Assembly (NCBI GenBank): GCA_963724295.1
Contig: CAVRUC010000003.1
Location: 1-64,000 of the forward strand
Direction: 5' to 3'
From: an uncultured Chloroflexia bacterium
Lineage (GTDB): Bacteria; Chloroflexota; Chloroflexia; Thermomicrobiales; UBA6265
DNA length: 64,000 nucleotides
A program made the position numbers and the translations under genes. Below the pieces are notes generated by a model. That model saw nothing but the letters and a program-made list of their open reading frames with translations. It searched no databases and was not told the origin of the DNA. Below, one piece after another: positions 38,866 to 48,378 of this stretch; the first letter of the stretch is position 1, and each line of letters begins with the position of its first letter.

Positions 38866-39768
38866 ATGTCAGCAACCACGCTCACCCGCTCGTCGCCACG
38901 AACATCTGGATCTCCCCTCGCCCACAAGCGAGCCAGATACTCGGGGCTTGGCTGGGCGTTGCTGCGATGGGCGACGATCGGGCTGGCCTTAGCCGTCACG
39001 GTGGTGCCCTTTTTCTGGCTGGTGACGACCTCGTTCAAGCGGCAGGTCGATTACCTGGCCTACCCGCCGCAAATCATCCCGCCTGCCTGGACGCTGGAGG
39101 GGTATCGCGTGCTGTTCGAGCAGCAGGATCTGGGGCACTTCTTCGCGAACTCGGTGATCATCACACTTACGTCGACCGCGCTCGCCGTCTTTATTGGGTC
39201 CCTTGCCGCTTACAGCCTGGCCCGGGCGCGCTTTCCGTTCAAATTGAACGGCATCCTCGCCTTCTGGATGCTACTGACGCGCATGTACCCGGCTATCGCG
39301 ACGGCTATTCCCTACTTCCTGATCATGCGCGATCTGCGCCTTCTCGACACCCGGCCGGCGCTTATTGTGACCTACACGGCGTTCAACCTCCCGTTCGTCA
39401 TCTGGTTGTTGATCGGTTTCTACGAGGAACTCCCCGCTGAGCTGGAGCGCGCCGCAATGATCGATGGCTGCGGTGCCTGGCAGCGGTTCTGGAAAATCGT
39501 GCTCCCGCTGTCGGCGCCTGCGCTCGTCGCCACAGCCATCCTCTCCGCGATCCTGGCTTGGAACGAGTTTCTCTTCGCGGTGATGCTTACCCGAACCAAC
39601 GCCAAGACGTTGCCGGTGGTGATGTCGGGCTTCATTACCGACAAGGGGACGCAATGGGACCAGATGACCGCACTTGGCGTGATCACCGTCCTGCCAGTGC
39701 TCATCTTTGCACTCGTCGTGCAGCGATACCTGGTCCGGGGTCTGACCCTCGGAGCGGTGAAGGAGTGA
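38866..39768 (+). CDS. CUT1 ABC permease (MalG-like)
   Basis: AAYSLAR, ELERAAMIDG, AWNEFLFA, LVRGLTLGAVK. Confidence 0.9.
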   Translation: MSATTLTRSSPRTSGSPLAHKRARYSGLGWALLRWATIGLALAVTVVPFFWLVTTSFKRQVDYLAYPPQIIPPAWTLEGYRVLFEQQDLGHFFANSVIITLTSTALAVFIGSLAAYSLARARFPFKLNGILAFWMLLTRMYPAIATAIPYFLIMRDLRLLDTRPALIVTYTAFNLPFVIWLLIGFYEELPAELERAAMIDGCGAWQRFWKIVLPLSAPALVATAILSAILAWNEFLFAVMLTRTNAKTLPVVMSGFITDKGTQWDQMTALGVITVLPVLIFALVVQRYLVRGLTLGAVKE

Positions 39769-39833
39769 GGTCGATCCGGATCCTCTTGTTAGCCGGCAGT
39801 CGATACGGGTCGTGGCAGATTGAGGGCTGACTC

Positions 39834-40919
39834 TTGGCATCGGTGCGATTTGAGGGCGTAACCAAGCGCTACGGGAAAGTTGAGGCTGTGAAGGACCTCA
39901 ACCTCGAAATCCCTGACGGACAGTTCATGACCCTGGTGGGGCCGTCAGGTTGCGGCAAAAGCACGACGCTCAATATGCTCGCCGGTCTCGATGACGTAAC
40001 CGAGGGGGAGATCTACATTGATGACGAGGAAGTCAGTGGACTCCCGCCGGGCGAACGCGACATCGCCATGGTCTTCCAAAGCTACGCGCTCTATCCCCAC
40101 ATGAGCGTTCGCGACAATCTGGCTTTCGCCCTGAGGGTGCGCCACGAACCCAAAGACGCGGTTGAGCAGAAGGTCGCACGAGCGGCGAGGCTGCTTGGGA
40201 TCGAAGAGTTGCTTGATCGCAAGCCGCGGCAACTCTCCGGCGGGCAGCGGCAGCGGGTGGCGCTAGGCCGCGCGCTTGTGCGCGAACCGCGGCTTTTTCT
40301 CCTAGACGAACCCCTCTCGAATCTCGACGCCAAGCTTCGGGTCCAGATGCGAGCGGAGCTGAAGCTGCTCTTTGACCGACTCGAGACGACCGTTGTGTAT
40401 GTGACGCACGATCAAGCGGAAGCAATGACGATGTCTGACCGGGTGGCGATCTTCGACAAGGGCGTTGTTCAGCAGGTCGGGACGCCGCTTGAACTCTACG
40501 AGAAACCGACCAACGCGTTCGTTGCGGGTTTTCTTGGCTCCCCGCCTATGAACTTTTTGGAAGCCGAGATTGCAGACGGTCGACTTCACGGCAGTGGATT
40601 CTCGTTTGCCTTGCCAGAATGGGCTGGAAGCGTTGAGCGCGGCACGCCTGTGGTCCTTGGCATTCGCCCCGAGGACTTTACTTTGTCTGAAGAACCTGGT
40701 CACACCGCCGTTTTGATCACGCTCGTCGAACCTATGGGATCGTCGACGATCGTGTACACGGAACTCGGTGAAAAGCTCGTCGCTATCGAAACTGGCAAGG
40801 ACACCAGATTGAGCGTCGGGTCGACTGTGTCGCTTAATATCGATCCGAAACGGCTTCATCTCTTCGATACGTCGACTGGACAATCTCTGGCCTCCGCGCA
40901 ATACAGAGTTTTGAGCTAA
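39834..40919 (+). CDS. CUT1 ABC ATP-binding protein (MalK/UgpC-like)
   Basis: GPSGCGKST, VFQSYALYPHM, LSGGQRQRVA, DEPLSNLDAKLR. Confidence 0.93.
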   Translation: MASVRFEGVTKRYGKVEAVKDLNLEIPDGQFMTLVGPSGCGKSTTLNMLAGLDDVTEGEIYIDDEEVSGLPPGERDIAMVFQSYALYPHMSVRDNLAFALRVRHEPKDAVEQKVARAARLLGIEELLDRKPRQLSGGQRQRVALGRALVREPRLFLLDEPLSNLDAKLRVQMRAELKLLFDRLETTVVYVTHDQAEAMTMSDRVAIFDKGVVQQVGTPLELYEKPTNAFVAGFLGSPPMNFLEAEIADGRLHGSGFSFALPEWAGSVERGTPVVLGIRPEDFTLSEEPGHTAVLITLVEPMGSSTIVYTELGEKLVAIETGKDTRLSVGSTVSLNIDPKRLHLFDTSTGQSLASAQYRVLS

Positions 40920-41250
40920 CGCTGTCACAACTTTGTCACGAACGTGGCGTCACTTGCCTGCATTACCCAACACAAGTTGGACCTATCCTTGGACGTTTCT
41001 CGCACCAGATCGCACAGAATGGGATTGACCGGCTTGCGCCGGGATGGAACTCTTGGAGTCCCTCTCCCGGTACCAGACGACACCTAACGGCACCAACTGA
41101 CACGAACGAGTCCTTCACGGTACGAGCCAACACTGCTGTTGGGTTTGGACAGCGTTGCGAGAGGGATTCGAACCACAGACCAAGAATCCGGCGTGATTCC
41201 GGCTGATTCTGGCTGGATGAGGTCCGGTTGATCACGAAATGGTAACCGCG

Positions 41251-41545
41251 TTAGGCCGTGCCGGTAGGTTCCTCCAATATGGCGTCAAAGTGCGCCGCCG
41301 CCCGCTGTTGCATATCGGCCGACACGTGAGAGTACCGGTCAAGCGTCTCACTGATCGAGGCATGCCCGAGACGCTCCTGCACCACCTTCGGATGCACGCC
41401 ACTGGCGAGCAGGAGTGTCGCACTGGTGTGCCGCAGGTCGTGAAAGCGGATACGGGGTACTCCTGCCCGCTCGATGAGCGTCGCGTACTCCCGGGTGCGG
41501 GTATTGGGATGGATCGACGTGCCGTTGGCCGTGGTGAACACCAAG
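41251..41545 (-). pseudogene. C-terminal fragment of a tyrosine integrase
   Basis: LVFTTANG..IRFHDLRHTSATLLLASGVHPKVVQERLGHASISETLDRYSHV; the N-terminal part is absent because the tRNA 3' end lies only ~55 nt upstream. Confidence 0.9.
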
Positions 41546-41600
41546 ACAAAACTGCGAAATGACGCGGGTTCCTGGATGGTGGCAGACGGATAGAACCTTC

Positions 41601-41685
41601 GGTGCCGGGAGCGGGATTCGAACCCGCACGGCCTTGCGGCCACCAGCTCCTAAGGCTGGCGTGTCTGCCATTTCACCACCCCGGC
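41601..41685 (-). tRNA. tRNA-Leu (anticodon TAG)
   Basis: GCCGGGG-TGGTGAAATGGCAGACACG-CCAGC-CTTAGGA-GCTGG-long variable arm-GCGGGTTCGAATCCCGC-TCCCGGC-ACC. Confidence 0.97.
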
Positions 41686-41791
41686 GAAGGTGCATCGCAA
41701 AGTGTAGCGGTCCGCTTCTGCCATTGCCGCGCCTGGATCACTCGGATAGCATCCTCCGGTTGACGTTCGCTGAATCTGGAGGAGCCGCCTC

Positions 41792-42768
41792 ATGGCCACG
41801 ACCGCCGCCGATCCCCTCGCCCGCAAACCGTTCGGGCAGACCGGGCTCCTGGTCCCGCCGGTTGCCGTCGGTTGCGCGCCCATCGGCAACATGCCCGAGG
41901 CGTTCGGCTATGGGGTGACGGACGAGGACGCGCTGGCCACCATTCGCGCCGCGCTCGACAGTCCGATCCCCTACATCGACACCGCCGCCCTGTACGGCGA
42001 CGGCGAGAGCGAGCGGCGGGTCGGTCTCGTCTTGCGCGAGCGCGGTGGGTTGCCGGAAAACGCGTTCCTTCAGACCAAACAGGGGCGTAACCCGAAGAAC
42101 GGCGACTACTCCGGCGAGACGGTCAAGCGCAGGATGGAGCGCTCCCTGGAGCTGCTCGGCGTCGATCGCATCGAGGTCGTCTATCTCCACGATCAGGAGT
42201 GGACGACGTTCGAGGCCGCAATGGCCCCGGGAGGACCCATCGACGTCCTCCAGCAGTTCCGCGACCAGGGTGTCATCGGTCACCTCGGTGTCGCCGGTGG
42301 ACCGATCCCCGTGCAGCTCCAGTACATCGAGACCGGCCTCTTCGATGCGGTCATCCATCACAACCGCTACACCCTGCTCAACCGCTCGGCGGAGCCACTC
42401 ATCGACGCCGCTGTCGCCCGTGGCATGGCTGTCCTGAATGCCGCCCCTTACGGCAGCGGCATGCTGGCAAAAGGACCGGACGCCTACCCGCGCTACGCCT
42501 ATCAACAGGCGTCCGCCGAGATGATCGACCGCGTGCGTCGTTTGCCGCCATCGCCGAGCGGCACGGCGTCCCCCTACCGGCCGTCGCCCTGCAGTTCTCG
42601 ACTCGCGACCCGCGCATGACGGCGACGATCGTCGGCATGAGCCGCCCAGAGCGCATCGCCGAGACGGTCCGCTACCTCACGACCCCGATCCCCGATGCGC
42701 TCTGGGACGAGATCGCCGAGATTCCATTCGACACCAACGATCCCGAGGAATATCGCTTCAAGCGGTGA
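41792..42768 (+). CDS. Aldo/keto reductase; frameshift near 42540
   Basis: G.TGL.V, IDTAALYG, SLELLG.DRI..VYLHD, HNRYTLL; the C-terminus FAAIAERHGVPLPAVALQF..VGMSRPE is in another frame. Confidence 0.87.
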
Positions 42769-42770
42769 AT

Positions 42771-42875
42771 GAGGGTGGCGGGGTAGTTACTCGCTACGCT
42801 CGTGGTGGCAGGGTGGCGGGGTCATCGTTCTCCCTGCCACCCTGCGACCCCGTCACCCATCACCCATCACCCATC
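42771..42875. repeat. Dispersed GGGTGGCG/CGCCACCC intergenic element, copy 2
   Basis: Matches 25561-25663. Confidence 0.85.
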
Positions 42876-42889
42876 GCCCGACCCACCAC

Positions 42890-42918
42890 TTGCGGACAAT
42901 CGCATCGTGCCGTATCAT
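42890..42918 (+). promoter_or_regulatory. Sigma70-type promoter for the leader-ask-asd transcript
   Basis: TTGCGG, 17-bp spacer, TATCAT; an ATG lies 7 nt downstream. Confidence 0.7.
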
Positions 42919-42925
42919 GCGCGCC

Positions 42926-43033
42926 ATGAGCGGCTTTGCGCGCCCCACCATGACTAGCAGCACGATCGTCGTGATCTCGATTACCGAGACCACCATGATT
43001 ACCGTGCCTGCCGGTCCGGGGGGACGCGACTAA
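42926..43033 (+). CDS. Thr/Ile-rich leader peptide (ThrL-like), 35 aa
   Basis: MSGFARPTMTSSTIVVISITETTMITVPAGPGGRD* (7 Thr, 4 Ile, 3 Met); overlaps the antiterminator; alternative start at ATG 42950. Confidence 0.8.
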   Translation: MSGFARPTMTSSTIVVISITETTMITVPAGPGGRD

Positions 43034-43097
43034 GGGTCGCACACTCCAACAGGACGGATCGGCAGGCGGGAGCGGAAACGCTCCCGTCGCTTTGTGT
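43006..43097 (+). terminator. Attenuator: antiterminator 43006-43018/43055-43067 and terminator 43065-43088 with T-rich tail
   Basis: GCCTGCCGGTCCG pairs with CGGATCGGCAGGC; GGCGGGAGCG-GAAA-CGCTCCCGTC is followed by GCTTTGTGT; the two stems overlap. Confidence 0.82.
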
Positions 43098-43128
43098 GTC
43101 GCGGTATCAGAGACAAAGGACGGGCCAG

Positions 43129-44580
43129 ATGATCGTGATGAAGTTCGGGGGCACCTCGGTCGGAGACGCCGCGCGCGTCGACCAGGTCGCCACCATCATC
43201 GAGGCCCAGCCGAGTCCGCGGGCCGCGGTCGTCTCGGCTGCATCGGGCGTCACCAACATGTTGCTGGATGCGGCCCGCGCCGCGGCTGTCGACGGCGGCG
43301 AGCTCGTCGCCAGGCTCGTCGCCGAGATTCGCGCCCGGCACGACGACATTGCGGCGGCCATTGGCGACGACCAGGAACGCGCCGCGGCCGTCGCCGCGCT
43401 CGATCAGCTCCACGCCGCTCTGGACGACGCGCTCTCTGACGTTGACCGCGCCGGCGAGCTCAGCCCTCGCAACGCGGACCGCATCCTCGCCACCGGCGAG
43501 AAGGCGATGAGCATTCTCCTCGCGGCGATGCTTCGCTCGCGCGGAGTGCCGGCCGTTCATGTCTGGGCCGATCGCGTCATCGCCACCGACAACCGGTACG
43601 GCAACGCCCGTCCCGACCGCGCCCTCACCCGCGAGCTGGCGGCCCAGGAGGTGCGGCCGCATCTGGACGCCGGTCACACGGTCGTCTTCACCGGGTTCAT
43701 CGGTCGCGCCCCGGATGGCTCGACCACCACACTGGGGCGAGGCGGCTCCGACTACAGCGCCACTCTTCTGGGCGCCGCGCTCGACGCCGATGAGGTCCAG
43801 ATCTGGACGGACGTTCCTGGCGTCCTCTCCGCGGACCCCCGGCAGGTGCCCGACGTGCGCGTCGTATCCGGCATCTCCTATGACGAGGCGCAGGAGCTGG
43901 CGCATTTCGGCGCCAAAGTCCTCCACCCGCGCACCATCCGACCAGCCGTCTCCCTCGGCATCCCGGTGCGCATCCTCTCCACCTTTCTGCCCGATGAACC
44001 GGGGACGCTCGTTACGCGGGATGCGCCTGAGGAGAGCGTCAAAGCCGTCACCGCCCTCAACAACCTGCTGCTGCTGACGATCGACGTCCCGGAGCTGGAG
44101 GATCTCGCGGCGGCGTCGGCTGCCGTCTTCGGCGCGCTGCATGGCGACCGCATCGAGGTCGTGGCCGCGTCGCAGGCGTCATCCCGCCGCCGTATGACCT
44201 ACGTCGTCGATGCCAACGGTCACGGCGGTTGCGCCCGCGTCAAGCAGCGCATGGCGGCGGCCCTCGAAGCCGCCGACGTCGACGCCGAAGTCGGCTGTGA
44301 AGAGGACGTGGCCCTCGTGGCCGCGGTCGGGGCTGGCGTCGCCGCGGCGCCGCAGACCCTGTCGCAGTTTCTCTCCATCCTCGGCCGGGCCGGCGTGCCG
44401 GTGCTCTCGACGAACCAGCAGCACTCGAACGTGGCGCTCACCGTCGCCGTGCCAGGAAGAGACGCGGCGCGCGCCGTGCTTGCCCTGCACGACGCCTTTA
44501 TTCGACCTCAGCCGGCCAGCTCTCGGGCGCGGCGTCCACGCCGCGCCGACATGCTGGCGGAGAGTCTGCGCGTCGGGTAG
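43129..44580 (+). CDS. lysC: Aspartate kinase
   Basis: MIVMKFGGTSVG, VVSA..GVT, GE, TTLGRGGSDYSA, IWTDVPG, GAKVLHP, ACT domains. Confidence 0.93.
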   Translation: MIVMKFGGTSVGDAARVDQVATIIEAQPSPRAAVVSAASGVTNMLLDAARAAAVDGGELVARLVAEIRARHDDIAAAIGDDQERAAAVAALDQLHAALDDALSDVDRAGELSPRNADRILATGEKAMSILLAAMLRSRGVPAVHVWADRVIATDNRYGNARPDRALTRELAAQEVRPHLDAGHTVVFTGFIGRAPDGSTTTLGRGGSDYSATLLGAALDADEVQIWTDVPGVLSADPRQVPDVRVVSGISYDEAQELAHFGAKVLHPRTIRPAVSLGIPVRILSTFLPDEPGTLVTRDAPEESVKAVTALNNLLLLTIDVPELEDLAAASAAVFGALHGDRIEVVAASQASSRRRMTYVVDANGHGGCARVKQRMAAALEAADVDAEVGCEEDVALVAAVGAGVAAAPQTLSQFLSILGRAGVPVLSTNQQHSNVALTVAVPGRDAARAVLALHDAFIRPQPASSRARRPRRADMLAESLRVG

Positions 44581-44673
44581 ACCCAATATCGGTATCAACG
44601 AGGGCGATGTGAAACGAACAGAGATCGTGCCCGCCCCGGGAAGAGGCGTTGGCGCGAAGGAGGCAGTTTCGAG

Positions 44674-45747
44674 GTGATTCAGTCCCGATCCAGCTCGAAC
44701 GGAAAGATCCCGGTCGCCGTGCTCGGCGCGACCGGCAGCGTCGGTCAGCGCTTCGTGCAGCTTCTGGCCGGGCACCCCTGGTTTCAACTCGCCGAAGTGG
44801 TGGCGTCCGACCGCTCGACCGGGCGTTCCTATTGCGAAGCGACCGAGTGGCGGTTGAGCGCGGATATGCCCGAGGGCGCCCGCCGGCTCGTCGTCAAGGA
44901 CTACGACGCCACCCTCGAGAGCCCGGTCGTCTTCTCGGCGCTGCCGGGTGAGGTCGCGGGCGAGATCGAGCAGCGGATGGCCCAGGAGGGACGCGCCCTC
45001 TTCTCGAACACCTCGACCCACCGCATGACTCCCGACGTGCCCTTGATGATCCCGGAAGTCAATCCGGAGCACGTCGCCGCGCTCGAGGTGCAACGCCGGA
45101 ATCGCGGTTGGAGCGGGTTCATCGTCACCAACCCGAACTGCTCGGCGATCCATCTGGTTCTGGCGCTCAAGCCCCTCCACGATGCCTTCGGCGTCGACGC
45201 CCTGGCGGTGACGACGATGCAGGCGGTCTCCGGCGCTGGCTATCCCGGGGTGCCGTCGCTCGACATGATCGACAACGTCGTGCCCTTCATCAACACCGAA
45301 GAGGAGAAGATGACGGAGGAGACGAAGAAGCTCCTGGGTGGGTTCGACGGCGAGTTCCAGCCGGCGTGCATCACGATGTCCGCCCACTGCAACCGCGTTC
45401 CCGTCAGGGATGGCCATACCGAATGCGTCTCGATTCGGTTCCGCACCCCGGCCACGGCTCGGGACGCCGCCCAGGCGATGTCCGAGTTCCGCGCCAGGCC
45501 GCAAGAGCTGCAGTTGCCGAGCGCTCCCAAGCGCCCGGTGATCGTGCGTGACGAGCCGAACCGCCCGCAGGCGAACATCGACCGTGACGCCGAGAACGGC
45601 ATGGCGACCACCGTCGGTCGCGTCCGCGAATGCGCGCTGCTGGGGACCAAGTTCGTCCTGCTCGGACACAACACCATCCGCGGCGCCGCCGGCGCATCGA
45701 TCCTCAACGCGGAGCTGTTCAAGGTCGAGGGACTCTTACCCGTTTGA
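44674..45747 (+). CDS. asd: Aspartate-semialdehyde dehydrogenase
   Basis: LGATGSVGQRF, PEVN, NPNCS, QAVSGAG, CNRV...DGH, HNTIRGAAG. Confidence 0.96.
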   Translation: MIQSRSSSNGKIPVAVLGATGSVGQRFVQLLAGHPWFQLAEVVASDRSTGRSYCEATEWRLSADMPEGARRLVVKDYDATLESPVVFSALPGEVAGEIEQRMAQEGRALFSNTSTHRMTPDVPLMIPEVNPEHVAALEVQRRNRGWSGFIVTNPNCSAIHLVLALKPLHDAFGVDALAVTTMQAVSGAGYPGVPSLDMIDNVVPFINTEEEKMTEETKKLLGGFDGEFQPACITMSAHCNRVPVRDGHTECVSIRFRTPATARDAAQAMSEFRARPQELQLPSAPKRPVIVRDEPNRPQANIDRDAENGMATTVGRVRECALLGTKFVLLGHNTIRGAAGASILNAELFKVEGLLPV

Positions 45748-45785
45748 TGTCCGCTTCGGTGGATCGGGACCCAGGACTGCGCTCC

Positions 45786-45825
45786 CGCCCTCACTCCCCT
45801 GCTCATCAGGTCGGGGAGTGAGGGC
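45786..45825. terminator. REP-like hairpin or terminator after asd
   Basis: CGCCCTCACTCCCC...GGGGAGTGAGGGCG. Confidence 0.65.
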
Positions 45826-45995
45826 GCACCACGGAGTGACCGGCGTCGAAGAATCTGCCCCACCCGGCCCATCAAAAGTTCAAACTCTTCAAACCCTTCA
45901 AACTCTTCAACTTGAGACTCTTCGAATTCGTCCAGCTCTTCACGACATGCCTGCTGCGTTCGATCGCCTGCTGGATTGGTCCACTGGCTGCAATC

Positions 45996-46056
45996 TTGAC
46001 CTACGACTCCGCTCGAATTATAGTTCGTATCATGAATTATTCGGGTGCAGAACTAT
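45996..46056 (+). promoter_or_regulatory. Promoter (TTGACC-17-TATAGT) with two overlapping MarR-type operator palindromes
   Basis: ATAGTTC-N7-GAATTAT (46020-46040) and ATTATTC-N7-GAACTAT (46036-46056). Confidence 0.7.
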
Positions 46057-46668
46057 CGCCTAATCCGCACGGACGAAGACGCGTTGATCGAGGCCGGCGT
46101 GCACATGTTGCCGGTCATCGCCAAAGCCCTCTTCTCGTCCATCTCCGGTCTTGGGACGGCCCATGGCCTGACGCCCGCCCAAGTCAAAGTGCTGCTCCAG
46201 TTGGGAAGGCGCCAGCAGATGACCGTCGGCGAGATCGCCTCCGCCATCGACTGCTCGATGCCGGCAGCCTCAGAGCTCGTCGATCGCCTCGTCGATGCGG
46301 GTCATCTCGTTCGCGCTACCGATCTTGCCGATCGCAGACGGGTGCTGGTCGCCGCCACGCCCGCGTCGCGGCGGATCAGCGCGCACCTCTTCGAACTACG
46401 CCAGGCCCAGGTCCGGTACGCGCTGGATCAGCTCGAACCGGCAGAACGACCGATCTTCGTCAAGTCGCTCGAAGCGCTGATCGCCGGACTGACCCACGCC
46501 GGCGACGCTTCGCTCCTCGATGGCTGTCCTGGCGCACCGCCGGAGAGCGTCGATCGAAGCCTCGCCAATCCGGTCTCAGCTGCCGACCCCGCCCTCGCGC
46601 CACAAGTTCGCGAGGATCGGGTGACCGAAAAGCCAATCCGTACAGCTTCGTTACGAGGTAGCAACTAG
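46045..46668 (+). CDS. MarR family transcriptional regulator
   Basis: GLTPAQ..VL, TVGEIA, AASELVDRLVDAG, DRRRVLV; start uncertain (ATG 46032 plus a frameshift is possible). Confidence 0.87.
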   Translation: MQNYRLIRTDEDALIEAGVHMLPVIAKALFSSISGLGTAHGLTPAQVKVLLQLGRRQQMTVGEIASAIDCSMPAASELVDRLVDAGHLVRATDLADRRRVLVAATPASRRISAHLFELRQAQVRYALDQLEPAERPIFVKSLEALIAGLTHAGDASLLDGCPGAPPESVDRSLANPVSAADPALAPQVREDRVTEKPIRTASLRGSN

Positions 46669-48346
46669 ATGTCCGACGCCATGTCCAAACCAGCCGGCTC
46701 CGAAGCCCATGGCGCGTCGTCCGGAAGCGAGTCCTCGGCCACCCAGGAGCGCAACCCCTGGTTGATTCTTCTGGTCCTCTGCGGCGCGATCTTCATGTTG
46801 CTGCTCGACACCACCATCGTCAACGTCGCCCAACAGAAGATCAAAGAGGGCCTCAACGCCGATCTGTCACAGATCCAATGGATTCTGGATTCCTATATCC
46901 TCGCCTTCGCGGTGCTGATGCTCTCCTTCGGCCGCCTCGGGGACATTTACGGCCGCAAGAAGATGTTCGTCACCGGGATGGCGGTCTTCATCGCGGCCTC
47001 GGGATTGTGCGGCGTATCGCACTGGATCGCGACGCTAATCGGAATTCCTGGCGCGACCGCGTTGATCATCGCCCGCGTGCTGCAGGGGATCGGCGGCGCC
47101 CTGATGATGCCGCAGACGCTCTCCCTGATTACGATCGCCTTTCCCCCTCAGAAGCGTGGCGCGGCCATGGGCGTCTGGGGTTCGGTCGTGGCCCTGGGCG
47201 CGGTACTGGGACCGTTGCTCGGCGGCTACATCGTCACTGATTACCCGTGGGAATGGATTTTCCTCATCAATATCCCGGTGGGTATCGTCGCCATCCTCGC
47301 CACGCTGGCCATCGTTCCCGAGTCGCGCGATCCCCTGGCGTCCGGCAAGCTCGACTGGGGCGGTCTGATCTTCTCGGCCGTGGCGATCTTCGCCCTGGTC
47401 TACGCGCTGATCGAGGGTCCCAAGTTCGGCTGGACGAGTCCGCAGACGATTGGGTTGCTGCTTGTTCAGCGCCGCGGTTTTCGCCATCTTCGTCTGGTGG
47501 GAACGGCATGTCCCCGATCCGATGGTGAAGCTCGAGCTCTTCGGCATCCGCAACTTCTGGGTCGCCAACGTCATCGGCCTCGCCGTCCCGTTCGGCCTCT
47601 TCGGGATCTTCTTTCCGATGACGGTCTTCCTCCAGGGCGCGCTCGGCATGACGCCGCTCGAAGCCGGGCTGACCATGATGCCCATGTCTTTGATGCTGAT
47701 GTTCGTCGCCCCGGCCTCGGGACGCCTCTCGGACCTCATCGGCGCTCGTTGGATTCTCACGACCGGGCTCGCGCTCGTATCGGTCGGGATCCTCCTCATC
47801 ACGAGTCAGGTCTCGGCGACGACGAACTGGCGAACGTTGTTGCCGGCATTGGTGATCACTGGTGCCGGGATGGGGATGACGTTTGCCCCGATGACCGCGG
47901 CGGCCATGTCACAGGTTCCGCCGCGCATCTCCGGCAGCGCCTCCGGTATCCTCAACACGTCCCGCAATATCGGCCAGCTTCTCGGCATCGCCGTCCTGGG
48001 CTCGGTCCTGCAATCACGGTTGGGTCTTCATGCCGGCGCCGAGTTCCGCTCGCTTCCCATTGGCGACAACGCCATTCGCAACCAGATCGCCGAGTTGATA
48101 CGGGAAGGACGGATGGAGGCGATTCCGTCGGTCATCCCGCCCGCACAGCGGGATCAGCTCCCCATCATTTTCGACTCGATGAGACAGGTGTTTGTTCTCA
48201 GCATGCACGAGACGTTCTATGTCGGCGCCCTGATCTGCTTCGTCGCCCTCGGATTCTCCTTCCTGATGCAAAATCCCGGCCGGCGTACCATGCAGGCCGC
48301 GGACCGGGTGCGGGAAGCCTCCGCGCATCCAGCGGCGGCTGACTGA
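46669..48346 (+). CDS. DHA2/EmrB-QacA family MFS efflux transporter; frameshift near 47461
   Basis: LLDTTIVNVA, GRLGDIYGRK, RVLQGIGGA, GPLLGG, WIFLINIPVG; C-terminal half lies in ORF 47450-48346. Confidence 0.9.
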
Positions 48347-48378
48347 CCAGTTTTCCCGGCCAGGAGAACAGTCCATCC

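Larger units (their letters stand above)
33836..41624. mobile_element. tRNA-Leu-integrated genomic island, degenerate, two tandem layers
   Basis: Flanking 24-bp direct repeats, integrase remnant next to the tRNA, arm-type repeats, cargo visibly more A/T-rich than the flanks (judged by eye). Confidence 0.88.

Noticed and set aside
41546..41643. N-terminal part of the 130-aa ORF 41251-41643
   Set aside because: It reads through the tRNA gene; only the downstream integrase-like segment is meaningful.
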